Source of the DNA: Hydrurus foetidus
Lineage: Eukaryota
Direction of reading: 5' to 3'
Assembly (NCBI GenBank): GCA_900617105.1
Contig: UYFQ01000125.1
Span: 1-57,028, forward strand
Length of the DNA: 57,028 bases
Shown here in pieces: positions 40,647 through 50,295 of the stretch. The position numbers and the translations under genes were made by a program. Below the pieces are notes generated by a model. It did no database searches. It saw only the letters and a list, made by a program, of their open reading frames with translations, and was not told where the DNA came from. Positions within the stretch are counted from its first letter, which is position 1, and every line of letters starts with the position of its first letter.

Positions 40647-41828
40647 TCAGGCGGAGTCCGAGGCGTCGGAGGCGTGGTCGAGTTGGCTAAGGAGTGCTCG
40701 GAGGCGTTGAGAGGTATTGGACGGTGTGGGGGAGGTAAATGGTGGCGGCGGAGGGTGGGGAAGTCGGTTGGGGTTCTTGGAACAGTAGGCGGACAGATGG
40801 CCGAAGCGTTGGACTTTGTCGGCGGAAAGGCACCATGTGCAGTGGGTAGGGTGAAGGTGAGGTTTAGGGGTAGAGTCTTTCTTACCGTTTGCAAGACGTG
40901 GACGGGGGGAAGTCGCTGAGGCTTTGGAGGCGATGAGTGCGGAGCCTTGGGAGGAGACGTCGTCGCGTGCGAAGGAGAGTGAGTTTGCGATCTTCCAGCT
41001 CTGCAGTTGGGACATAAGAGCTGTGGGATCTGGGAACCGTCCGGTTGGATGGTTGTGGAGGAGCTCATCAAGGGCGCGGCGGAACTCGTTGCGGTTGAGT
41101 CCTGCGAGGTAAAGGAAGCTAGTTAATTCAGGTATAGATACAAAGCCCGGGTGAACCGCGGACTCGAAGTCGAGCTTGAATGTTTCAGTCATAGTGGTTA
41201 TTAGTTCAATGTAGGATTCATGTGGCAAGTCGGATTGTGAAACATTGACATAAAGGCGGGTGCGATGGAGTTTGGTGGCGGCATTCCCGATGGAGTGAAT
41301 GTCGCGGACCATGACATAGAAGGGATAGCTCCGAGAGCCGATGGGTTGAAGTTGGTAGGTAGGGTAGTTGGGGTGGGTTTTGACTGCGGTGTGGGAGGCC
41401 AAGGAAATATGTCGGTAGAGATGGTCGAGGCAGTCTGTGTCCTCGTCGGAGAACCGACGCTGTGCTGCCGAGAAGATCTTTTTGTCATCTCTAAAGTTGG
41501 TATTGCCGAGGGTGCTGAGGGGAAGAGTGGCGGGATCGAAGTTGGGTTGAGCGGCTTCGGCGTCGGTGGCTTGTCGGCGCTGATAAGTTAAGAGACCTGG
41601 AGTGGGAGCTCCAGTGAGGTCGGCCTCGAGGTCGGCCTTTGTTGGCTCGATTGGAAAGGGTTGGAGCGGGATGGTGGTGTCGGAGAGGATTTGCTGCCCA
41701 GCGACACCAAATTTGGTGAAGCAGAGGAGCTTCAAGGCTTGATGCCACTGCGACCAGTTGTCTGAGTGGAGGTCCAGCATTGGATGTTGAGCAGTGGAAG
41801 TGGCAGCGGCTGTGGATGTGGAGAGCAT
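40647..41828 (-). CDS. Family B gag (393 aa)
   Basis: ATG starts 2 nt after the PBS; LDLHSDNWSQW gag-like N-terminus; CX2CX10HX4C knuckle; ends at a TGA in frame with protease. Confidence 0.88.
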   Translation of the reverse strand: MLSTSTAAATSTAQHPMLDLHSDNWSQWHQALKLLCFTKFGVAGQQILSDTTIPLQPFPIEPTKADLEADLTGAPTPGLLTYQRRQATDAEAAQPNFDPATLPLSTLGNTNFRDDKKIFSAAQRRFSDEDTDCLDHLYRHISLASHTAVKTHPNYPTYQLQPIGSRSYPFYVMVRDIHSIGNAATKLHRTRLYVNVSQSDLPHESYIELITTMTETFKLDFESAVHPGFVSIPELTSFLYLAGLNRNEFRRALDELLHNHPTGRFPDPTALMSQLQSWKIANSLSFARDDVSSQGSALIASKASATSPRPRLANGKKDSTPKPHLHPTHCTWCLSADKVQRFGHLSAYCSKNPNRLPHPPPPPFTSPTPSNTSQRLRALLSQLDHASDASDSA

Positions 41829-41830
41829 TG

Positions 41831-41843
41831 CTTAAAAACCAAT
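41831..41843 (-). promoter_or_regulatory. Primer-binding-site position of family B (ATTGGTTTTTAAG), complementary to its own LTR
   Basis: Plus strand 41831-41844 CTTAAAAACCAATT is the exact reverse complement of 41890-41903 AATTGGTTTTTAAG. Confidence 0.75.
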
Positions 41844-42134
41844 TGTCGGGATTCGGCGGTAATCCAGAAACGGAAAACGGTAGAAACAGAATTGGTTTTT
41901 AAGTTTACCGAGTGAAAGATTGTGATTGTGGAATGGAAACGATGAGGTGAATCGAGTGGAATGAATGCAATTGAAATGGACAATGTGTAGCTGTTGGAGA
42001 ACTGGTCGCGACCAGTTCTCTTCTGAACTGCTTCAACGTGGAAAGATCGGATCGTCATCGTGCCGTTGGGACCGCTCGGTTGTTCGGTGAGCATTGTGTT
42101 GTGTGTTTGTGTTTGAAATGACAATGCAATGACA
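41844..42134 (-). repeat. 5' LTR, family B
   Basis: Same sequence as 36523-36813; flanked by TSD GAGAC. Confidence 0.97.
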
Positions 42135-43007
42135 GAGACAGCAGAGTCTCAGCGGCTAAAAAAAGCGGGACACGGTAGTACACAGTGAACGATGATTTAT
42201 CAGTGATTTATCCGATTTCGTTGAGTTTTCGCTGCGGTATGGTACAGTATCTGGTATCTAGGGTACTGTATGACCTGTAAATCAATATCAACGGTGTAGA
42301 CGAACGATTGCACGGAGGCATGAATCGACTGAGAATAGATCGGCTGACTATCCCGTCTGAATTAGATAGACCTAGAAATGATATGATAAGAATCCGGAGG
42401 ATTGAAACAACCCTCATAAATTAATAAGTGTGCAGCGTACAGTCAATCACGAGGTGGTTAAAACGACCCCATGAAAGTGTTGGATTCTCAAAGCCTGAAT
42501 GCCAAATTATTGACAGTCAGAATTGATAGGTTAGAGATCTTTGCAGACTGGATCAAAGTTGATGATCATCATCGGCTACTATAAATTTAAGCTCTTTAAT
42601 TATCCGAAAAACCTGCCACTTTGACACTGTCTCAAATCCAATCGCCTCTGGTACAATATTTAATTCAAGTGTCCAAAAGTACGGTAATGTTTCAACATGG
42701 CGTTGAAGACGTATTGTGTACTTTTTATTGCATAAAAATCAAAGCTGTACTTGACAAATATCGGATATCTAGTTTGAATCGTCTGAAAGGCTTGTCTAAA
42801 CTACAATGTCTACGATCAACAAATACTCTCACTTTTGTTTCGTATTGTTGCTTTTCGAGATTAATGTATGTATTACCGCGCGTGACGATTAGTAACTAAA
42901 AGGTCTGGTATTACGCTCCGTATCAAAACGGTGCCCAACTTAACATTCCGGCTTTCAACACTATGGATTTGGTTGACTGTAACTGCTGTAGGTGTTGCGT
43001 CCTGAAG

Positions 43008-44042
43008 CAAGGGGGTATAAAAGGAGAGGGGGCGGTTTCGAGACCCATCCCCACTCAAATATTTCTCACCAACCCCTCACCAAATTTTCAGAATTCTGAA
43101 CTACCCGCGGTCATAGTATGGTGCAGTGCGAAGTACCGCATAGTCAAAGAGATTTCAGCCTGTGGGAGCAACTGCGAGCAACTCCACTCCTGAGTAACTC
43201 AAATCTAACGAGGGCTCAATGTTTTATTTCTTACAGCACATGAAACACGTTGTAACTTAAAAATGTCTATCTATTCTATAAAAATCAGCCTTATTTTGTG
43301 GCTGCACAACCGAGACTGCCAATTGCAGGAGCGATCAGATCCTGCAGCAGATCCTAAAATTCCCAATACGTCAAGCCTTTAGAGAGCTATCCAGATGTCC
43401 TGTTAGCCCTGATCGAAGTATAGAAGAGTTGAATACCATGAAATCAATTCCTCGCCAAACAATGCTCGAAAAACAGTTCAACGGCAGTCGAGCAAAGGAT
43501 CACTACCTTCAGCCACGATAAACATCTTCTCGGACATGGTATCGTCGTCCCAGTACATTTTAAACTGTTCGCCTGTAGAATTTGTTACAGCAATGCAGAG
43601 AAAATTAGGTGAAAGTAGACGGCAAATTTTTCGAAATCAATAACTTCATGAATATTGAACTGTGCCTTGGCAAATTCAGGTAATAGCTTTGTTGTGGATA
43701 AGTTGAGCTTTTACCTGAATCTGCCAAGGTGACGATCAGTATTCGAATTTTGACCTCATCAAGCGAAGCTTACCATGATGGGGAAGAACCAAATGGCGAC
43801 ATCCGTCGCAGACAAAATTCGTTGAACTGATGGAGTGGAAAATTATAACACACTATCGCGGCCAATGGACGATGACGCGCTGCAGTTTCTGGGCTTGCTA
43901 CATGCTGCCAAAGTGGAGGTTGAATTCAGCATTCATGATGTCGACTGCACTCGGGTAGTTCAGAGTTGAGTGAAGGCTTGGTGAGAAAAATTTGAGTGGG
44001 GATGGGTCTCGAAACCGCCCCCTCTCCTTTTATACCCCCTTG
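43008..44042. mobile_element. Non-autonomous DNA transposon (1035 bp), 65-bp TIRs, 7-bp TSD; possibly P-superfamily
   Basis: 43008-43072 and 43978-44042 are inverted repeats with 1 mismatch (CAAGGGGGTATAAAAGG...). CCTGAAG flanks both ends (43001-43007, 44043-44049). No long internal ORF. Confidence 0.9.
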
Positions 44043-44239
44043 CCTGAAGCGTGCCAGATCAATGCAGACGTAGACTGATACTCACGTTACACCAACGTCA
44101 CGCATAAGTACAACGCATACGTAGCCCTGAAATTTGACCTGTCCATCCAAAGGGACACACGATGAAAATGTGTCCACTGTTGTAGCATCTCCAAATATAC
44201 TGCGATGTAGTTCCGTCGCGAGGTTACTTCTAAAGAGCT

Positions 44240-45980
44240 ATGCGTATCAGTCTACCATCACTATTATTCTCTCTTCCAACTGTCATCTGTTTGGCTCCGC
44301 TTGGCACGCGTTCAGTTCTAAAAGAAATGATATCACAATCGGCTCCATCAAAGTGGGTGGCGATACCTCAAGCACCAGCTGACAAAATCCTCGGCCTCAA
44401 CGAGGAATTTTTAAAAGATGAAGCTAGTGGGAAAATAAGTCTTGGTGTTGGCGCTTACAGAGATGATAATGGGAAACCGCTTGTGCTAGACTCTGTTCGG
44501 GAGGCTCGAAGACTTATCGAATCAAGAAATATGGATCATGAATATACTGGAATCGCAGGCATTCCCGCATTCGTAAAGCATAGCATGGTATTTGCATATG
44601 GAGTTGATGCAGAAGTCATCAAGTCTGGCAGAATCGCTGCTGTACAGACTCTGTCGGGTACTGGAGCCTGTCGGCTAGTCGGTGAATTTCTTGCGAAGTT
44701 CATGGGAGTTGGAACAAATATTTACATTCCGAATCCTACATGGGGCAACCATGTCGCAATTATGAAGAACTCTGGACTCGAAGTCGTTAGATACCGGTAC
44801 TTCAATGCCGAAACGAAAGGTTTCGATTATGATGGGATGATGGCCGATATCCTTGCTGCAGACGATGGTTCCTGCTTTCTACTTCATGCTTGCGCTCACA
44901 ATCCGACAGGTAGAGGAAGTGATACTAATCAGCCCTCTGGCTTAAGGCAGTTATGAATATCGCAATCTAAATCGGTATTCTGTGCATTCTCTGACAGGCT
45001 GTGACCCCACTTCAGCGCAGTGGGACGAACTCTCAGCAGCGATGATGAAAAAGAATCATGTCGTGGTTTTTGATTCCGCCTACCAAGTGAGTGATAATTC
45101 TAAAGTGTTGCTCGCAGAGTGCTTTTTGATCGTTCAGATCTTATTACTCATCGACACTCCTTTCTCCACAGGGCTTCGCCAGTGGTGACTCTGAAAAGGA
45201 CGCCTACTCCATCCGAAAATTTGTTGCCGATGGCCATCAAGTTTTTCTCTGCCAATCATATGCTAAGAACTTCGGTCTCTACGGTGAGCGTGTGGGAGCT
45301 CTCTCAATAGTGACTGGTTCCGCTGAGGAGACAGAGAGAGTTCAGAGTCAGGTACCACACATAGAAACGAAGAATACTGCGCTTCCCCTCTGACTAGTCG
45401 TGCGTGTGTCTTACTGTATATGTGAGTCTGACTGCGTGTGTGTGTCACTGCGCATCGCGCAACGCAAATCTTATGAAATGCACTACTCTACATAATATTT
45501 CGCATAACTCCTGGAGGGTTTATTTTGCCTTAGCGTAATCTTCATCACATATCACTTCTAATCGCTCCCATATCACCGCTGCTCCACTCTACCACCGTAC
45601 AGCTAAAGGTGCTTGTACGTGCCATGTACTCATCTCCCCCACTATACGGTGCAAGAATAGTCGCAGAAATTCTTTCAACTCCGGCATTACACGAAACATG
45701 GACCGGAGAGTGCCGCGCCATGGCTGACAGAATAATTGAAATGCGTCACGCTTTACGGAGGGAACTGACGGCTGTTGGGTCCACTCTCCCTTGGAACCAC
45801 GTCACCGATCAGATCGGAATGTTCTGCTTCACAGGGCTCTCAGAAGTCCAAGTTCTTCGTCTTAGGAAAGAGCATCACATTTACTGCACTGATGATGGCA
45901 GGATATCCATAGCAGGCATGAACTCTAAGAACGTTGCCGGAGTCGCTGCTGCTTTGCACTCTGTGACGTCATCAAATTAG
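44240..45980 (+). CDS. Aspartate aminotransferase with N-terminal presequence; exons 44240-44909, 44998-45086, 45172-45351, 45603-45980
   Basis: [45 protein letters not shown]-lysine motif [32 protein letters not shown]. Confidence 0.96.
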
Positions 45981-46970
45981 AAAGTCGGAACAAGAAGTAC
46001 GTACAGCATAGAGATACAGCTCAGGGAATTGGTGATAATATACGGTAGTGATAGACGCTGTAGTGGAGCACACTTCTCATGTGCGTTTGCGAAGTAGTGA
46101 CGCACTGGAGTGTACTGGACAGAGTAGACTAGCATCAACACTTACTGCCAGATTATGTAACACCTGTTTGAATACCAATTAATTTCAGCGACTACTGCAG
46201 TCTTTATCCCTCTTATCGTAATATCTCCTCGGGAGTTATTACATTGGATACACCACAGAGTTCGAAGGACATTCGTAGCTGCAGAACAAGAAGGAAGTAG
46301 GAGTGTGGTCAAGGGTTCGCAGTCGTGTCATGCAGAAACCGTTCAAAGTCACGAACAGGAACCCCTGAGAATCTCAACCTGTTGGATTGACCGTAGTAGT
46401 CTTCATGTGAGGCATATTTGATACTTTTGGAAAAAAAATACAAAATACCACACTTGAAAATTATAGAAAACAATTGTCAGTACTGAGAGAGGCGTCGCAG
46501 AAAGCGAGAAATATCATACTTAGTATTGCATAATCGTTACAAAGCATCAGCGACATCATAGAAAAATATTCGTAATATTGTCGCACTCTTCTCACTACTA
46601 GTCACAAAATATCTTTGATGTCTGTACAGTGAAATGATCACCGCATGAATGATCGAAGGGGCAAACAAACTAAATAACTAACTCACTGACTGACTGACGG
46701 ATCCTTGCTGCTGACATGATTGCTTCTCGTCCATCTTCATCAGGGTGATCAGTGTCACTACACAGTGGTCTGTTAAACTCCCCAACGCACCGCTACCTCC
46801 CAACTTCTCTATATATCTGTCTAAACACGATACGCTCTCGACATGCCCGACATGGACAGAAATGATAAACAGTATCGTCGGAGACATCGCGATCTCAACT
46901 ATCAATCGTGCTTTCTTAAAATACCTCAATCATCATTTGCTGCGAGCGCTGCTCATACACATGGTCATGC

Positions 46971-49900
46971 TCATGCAGACAGGAGTGATGACTCAGCGAC
47001 AACATTAAGTAGCCACTGCTTCAATTGATTGTCCTCCATCTTCGTCATACGGGAGGCATCTATGCGGCGCACAACCACTCCTCTGGACTTTAAGTACGCA
47101 TCTCGCAGCTTGCAGAAATTGATCTTCTTCTCCTGCCTGTGGTGTATGCCGTCCACCTCGATATTGATCACTAGCCATTTGCCTTCAGACGATGCTTCGG
47201 CTTCATCGGTCTTACCAAAGAATGGTATACGAACTACAATGTCACTCTCGAACATATCGAACAAGTACTCGTTGCTAGATACCGTTACTCTAGTCTGTCC
47301 CAATATCTCTACGGCGGCATGATGCATCCTCTTCTCTACCTTTGATGTAAAGTCATCCATGTATTCGCCCTTTGTCATCCTGCGGCGATGCTCGCTACAG
47401 ACCGAGTCAGAGAATTTCGTCCACAACTCATAATTAGTGTCATCAAGAACGTCACGCCTAAAGGGAATGCACAGTAGCACTGCTTGACCGACACTCAACA
47501 AGTCAAGTCTGCTCATGCGATTCACCTCTGTTAAAGCCATTGTGTGGCGTAGAAGAACAGCCAATATTCCAACGCAAAGACGACTGCTCATACTCTGCAT
47601 GCCGTACAATGCGTTGCCTACTGCCTGAGCGTCGAGTGACTCCTTGCAGCTGTGCACCTTATCCGACAGAGCTGATATCATCGATCGCACTTCCACATGA
47701 TCACTGCTCATACTCTGCATGCCGTACAATGCGTTGCCTACTGCCTGAGCGCTCAGTGACTCCTTGCAGCTGTGCACCTTACCCAACAGAGCTGATATCA
47801 TCGATCGCACTTCCACATGATCACTGCTCATACTCTGCATGCCGTACAATGCGTTGCCTACTGCCTGAGCGCTCAGTGACTCCTTGCAGCTGTGCACCTT
47901 ATCCGACAGAGCTGATATCATCGATCGCACTTCCACATGATCACTGCTCATACTCTGCATGCCGTACAATGCGTTGCCTACTGCCTGAGCGTCGAGTGAC
48001 TCCTTGCAGCTGTGCACCTTACTCAACAGAGCTGATATCATCGATCGCACTTCCACGTGATCACTGCTCATACACTGCATGCCGTACAATGCATTGCCTA
48101 CATTCTGAGCGCTAAGTGACTCCTTACAGCTGTGCACCTTACCCAGCAGTGCTGATATCATCGACCGCACTTCCACATGATCACTGCTCATACACTGCAT
48201 GCCGTACAATGCATTGCCCACTGCCTGAGCGCTAAGTGACTCCTTACAGCTGTGCACCTTACCCGACAGTGCTGATATCATCGACCGCACTTCCACATGA
48301 TCACTGCTCATACTCTGCATGCCGTACAATGCGTTGCCTACATTCTGAGCGTCGAGTGACTCCTTGCAGCTGTGCACCTTACTCAACAGAGCTGATATCA
48401 TCGATCGCACTTCCACATGATCACTGCTCATACTCTGCATGCCGTACAATGCGTTGCCTACTGCCTGAGCGCTCAGTGACTCCTTGCAGCTGTGCACCTT
48501 ACTCAACAGAGCTGATATCATCGATCGCACTTCCACATGATCACTGCTCATACTCTGCATGCCGTACAATGCGTTGCCTACTGCCTGAGCACTCAGTGAC
48601 TCCTTGCAGCTGTGCACCTTATCCGACAGAGCTGATATCATCGATCGCACTTCCACATGATCACTGCTCATACTCTGCATGCCGTACAATGCGTTGCCTA
48701 CTGCCTGAGCGCTCAGTGACTCCTTGCAGCTGTGCACCTTACCCAACAGAGCTGATATCATCGATCGCACTTCCACATGATCACTGCTCATACTCTGCAT
48801 GCCGTACAATGCGTTGCCTACATTCTGAGCGTCGAGTGACTCCTTGCAGCTGTGCACCTTACTCAACAGAGCTGATATCATCGATCGCACTTCCACATGA
48901 TCACTGCTCATACTCTGCATGCCGTACAATGCGTTGCCTACTGCCTGAGCGCTCAGTGACTCCTTGCAGCTGTGCACCTTATCCGACAGAGCTGATATCA
49001 TCGATCGCACTTCCACATGATCACTGCTCATACTCTGCATGCCGTACAATGCGTTGCCTACATTCTGAGCGTCGAGTGACTCCTTGCAGCTGTGCACCTT
49101 ACTCAACAGAGCTGATATCATCGATCGCACTTCCACATGATCACTGCTCATACTCTGCATGCCGTACAATGCGTTGCCTACATTCTGAGCTCTCAGTGAC
49201 TCCTTGCAGCTGTGCACCTTATCCGACAGAGCTGATATCATCGATCGCACTTCCACATGATCACTGCTCATACTCTGCATGCCGTACAATGCGTTGCCTA
49301 CTGCCTGAGCTCTCAGTGACTCCTTGCAGCTGTGCACCTTACTCAACAGAGCTGATATCATCGATCGCACTTCCACATGATCACTGCTCATACTCTGCAT
49401 GCCGTACAATGCGTTGCCTACTGCCTGAGCACTCAGTGACTCCTTGCAGCTGTGCACCTTACTCAACAGAGCTGATATCATCGATCGCACTTCCACATGA
49501 TCACTGCTCATACTCTGCATGCCGTACAATGCGTTGCCTACTGCCTGAGCGTCGAGTGACTCTTGACATTTTTTTATCATGATTGTAATGCTGCCAAGTA
49601 GCTCTAATGATTGACGTGTTTTCAATTTGTTGTTCTGCAGTCCAAGCAGAGCCATCGATATTGAATGGGAAGGTACTGCCTCTCTGTTTTGAGTCGACTT
49701 TACCAGAGCTGCTGTCATTGAAGCCACAACAGCTAGATATCCATCGTCGTCCTCTACTAAGCACTGCAGACCATACAGAGTAGCAGAGATATCGATAGGT
49801 CTCCAAGAAGCCGATGATAGAATCTCAACCTGTGACGCAATAGCTGGCAGGTGACGTTTTAAATGAAAGTGGGATTTGTTCCCAGATGATTTCTTCCCTG

Positions 49901-50051
49901 TGATGCGCATGAAGTCCGATATCTCACGTACAGTACATCCAGGCTGCCATTCCTCCACGTACGCATCATCAATTTTAGACGATTTACCACCGGAAGATGA
50001 ATACATGAATTTGCGCTTATGAATGCCCTCCACCGCATCGCGCAACGCCAT
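46971..50051 (-). CDS. Tandem 40-aa helical-repeat (OPR-like) protein with C-terminal RAP domain, 1026 aa
   Basis: Unbroken ORF with 2 degenerate plus 16.5 near-identical repeats ESLxAQxVGNALYGMQxMSSDHVEVRSMISALxxKVHSCK. C-terminal SDIV...NIEVDGIHH...KLRDAYLKSRGVVVRRI matches the RAP/DUF559-like pattern. A possible splice acceptor just before the ATG means the N-terminus may be incomplete. Confidence 0.85.
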   Translation of the reverse strand: MALRDAVEGIHKRKFMYSSSGGKSSKIDDAYVEEWQPGCTVREISDFMRITGKKSSGNKSHFHLKRHLPAIASQVEILSSASWRPIDISATLYGLQCLVEDDDGYLAVVASMTAALVKSTQNREAVPSHSISMALLGLQNNKLKTRQSLELLGSITIMIKKCQESLDAQAVGNALYGMQSMSSDHVEVRSMISALLSKVHSCKESLSAQAVGNALYGMQSMSSDHVEVRSMISALLSKVHSCKESLRAQAVGNALYGMQSMSSDHVEVRSMISALSDKVHSCKESLRAQNVGNALYGMQSMSSDHVEVRSMISALLSKVHSCKESLDAQNVGNALYGMQSMSSDHVEVRSMISALSDKVHSCKESLSAQAVGNALYGMQSMSSDHVEVRSMISALLSKVHSCKESLDAQNVGNALYGMQSMSSDHVEVRSMISALLGKVHSCKESLSAQAVGNALYGMQSMSSDHVEVRSMISALSDKVHSCKESLSAQAVGNALYGMQSMSSDHVEVRSMISALLSKVHSCKESLSAQAVGNALYGMQSMSSDHVEVRSMISALLSKVHSCKESLDAQNVGNALYGMQSMSSDHVEVRSMISALSGKVHSCKESLSAQAVGNALYGMQCMSSDHVEVRSMISALLGKVHSCKESLSAQNVGNALYGMQCMSSDHVEVRSMISALLSKVHSCKESLDAQAVGNALYGMQSMSSDHVEVRSMISALSDKVHSCKESLSAQAVGNALYGMQSMSSDHVEVRSMISALLGKVHSCKESLSAQAVGNALYGMQSMSSDHVEVRSMISALSDKVHSCKESLDAQAVGNALYGMQSMSSRLCVGILAVLLRHTMALTEVNRMSRLDLLSVGQAVLLCIPFRRDVLDDTNYELWTKFSDSVCSEHRRRMTKGEYMDDFTSKVEKRMHHAAVEILGQTRVTVSSNEYLFDMFESDIVVRIPFFGKTDEAEASSEGKWLVINIEVDGIHHRQEKKINFCKLRDAYLKSRGVVVRRIDASRMTKMEDNQLKQWLLNVVAESSLLSA
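47583..49562 (-). repeat. Coding 120-bp tandem array, 16.5 units
   Basis: Exact 120-bp periodicity, visible as alternating near-identical 60-nt lines; no indels seen. Confidence 0.98.
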
Positions 50052-50295
50052 TTCCTATAAAACAGATCGTAGACAACAGAACGATGCGCGAGTAATGACC
50101 AATGATCGATTACAGATCACTGCAGAATCGATATTCCTAAATTTGAGAAGAACAACAACTCTCGAACATTGCGAATTTCTTCATTAACTTCCGTTAAAAT
50201 TGTAACGGAATCTGAGAAACCTGAAATATTTATACGGTACAGTATAGCTATGGCGTGCCAAACTGTCCAAAATGGTATAGAATGCGGGAGTGCCG

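Larger units (their letters stand above)
36523..42134 (-). mobile_element. Ty1/Copia LTR retrotransposon, family B, full length, recent insertion
   Basis: 291-bp LTRs at 36523-36813 and 41844-42134, identical by eye, with TG...CA ends. 5-bp TSD GAGAC at 36518-36522 and 42135-42139. gag-PR-INT-RT-RH order on the minus strand. Confidence 0.97.

Noticed and set aside
38438..41591. Plus-strand Gly/Trp-rich ORFs as an antisense or env-like gene
   Set aside because: Explained by the G-rich antisense strand of family B; no recognisable motifs.
47540..49582. Plus-strand Cys-rich repeat ORFs (191 and 448 aa)
   Set aside because: Antisense shadow of the 120-bp array; broken by a stop and lacking unique flanking domains, whereas the minus frame is continuous into RAP.
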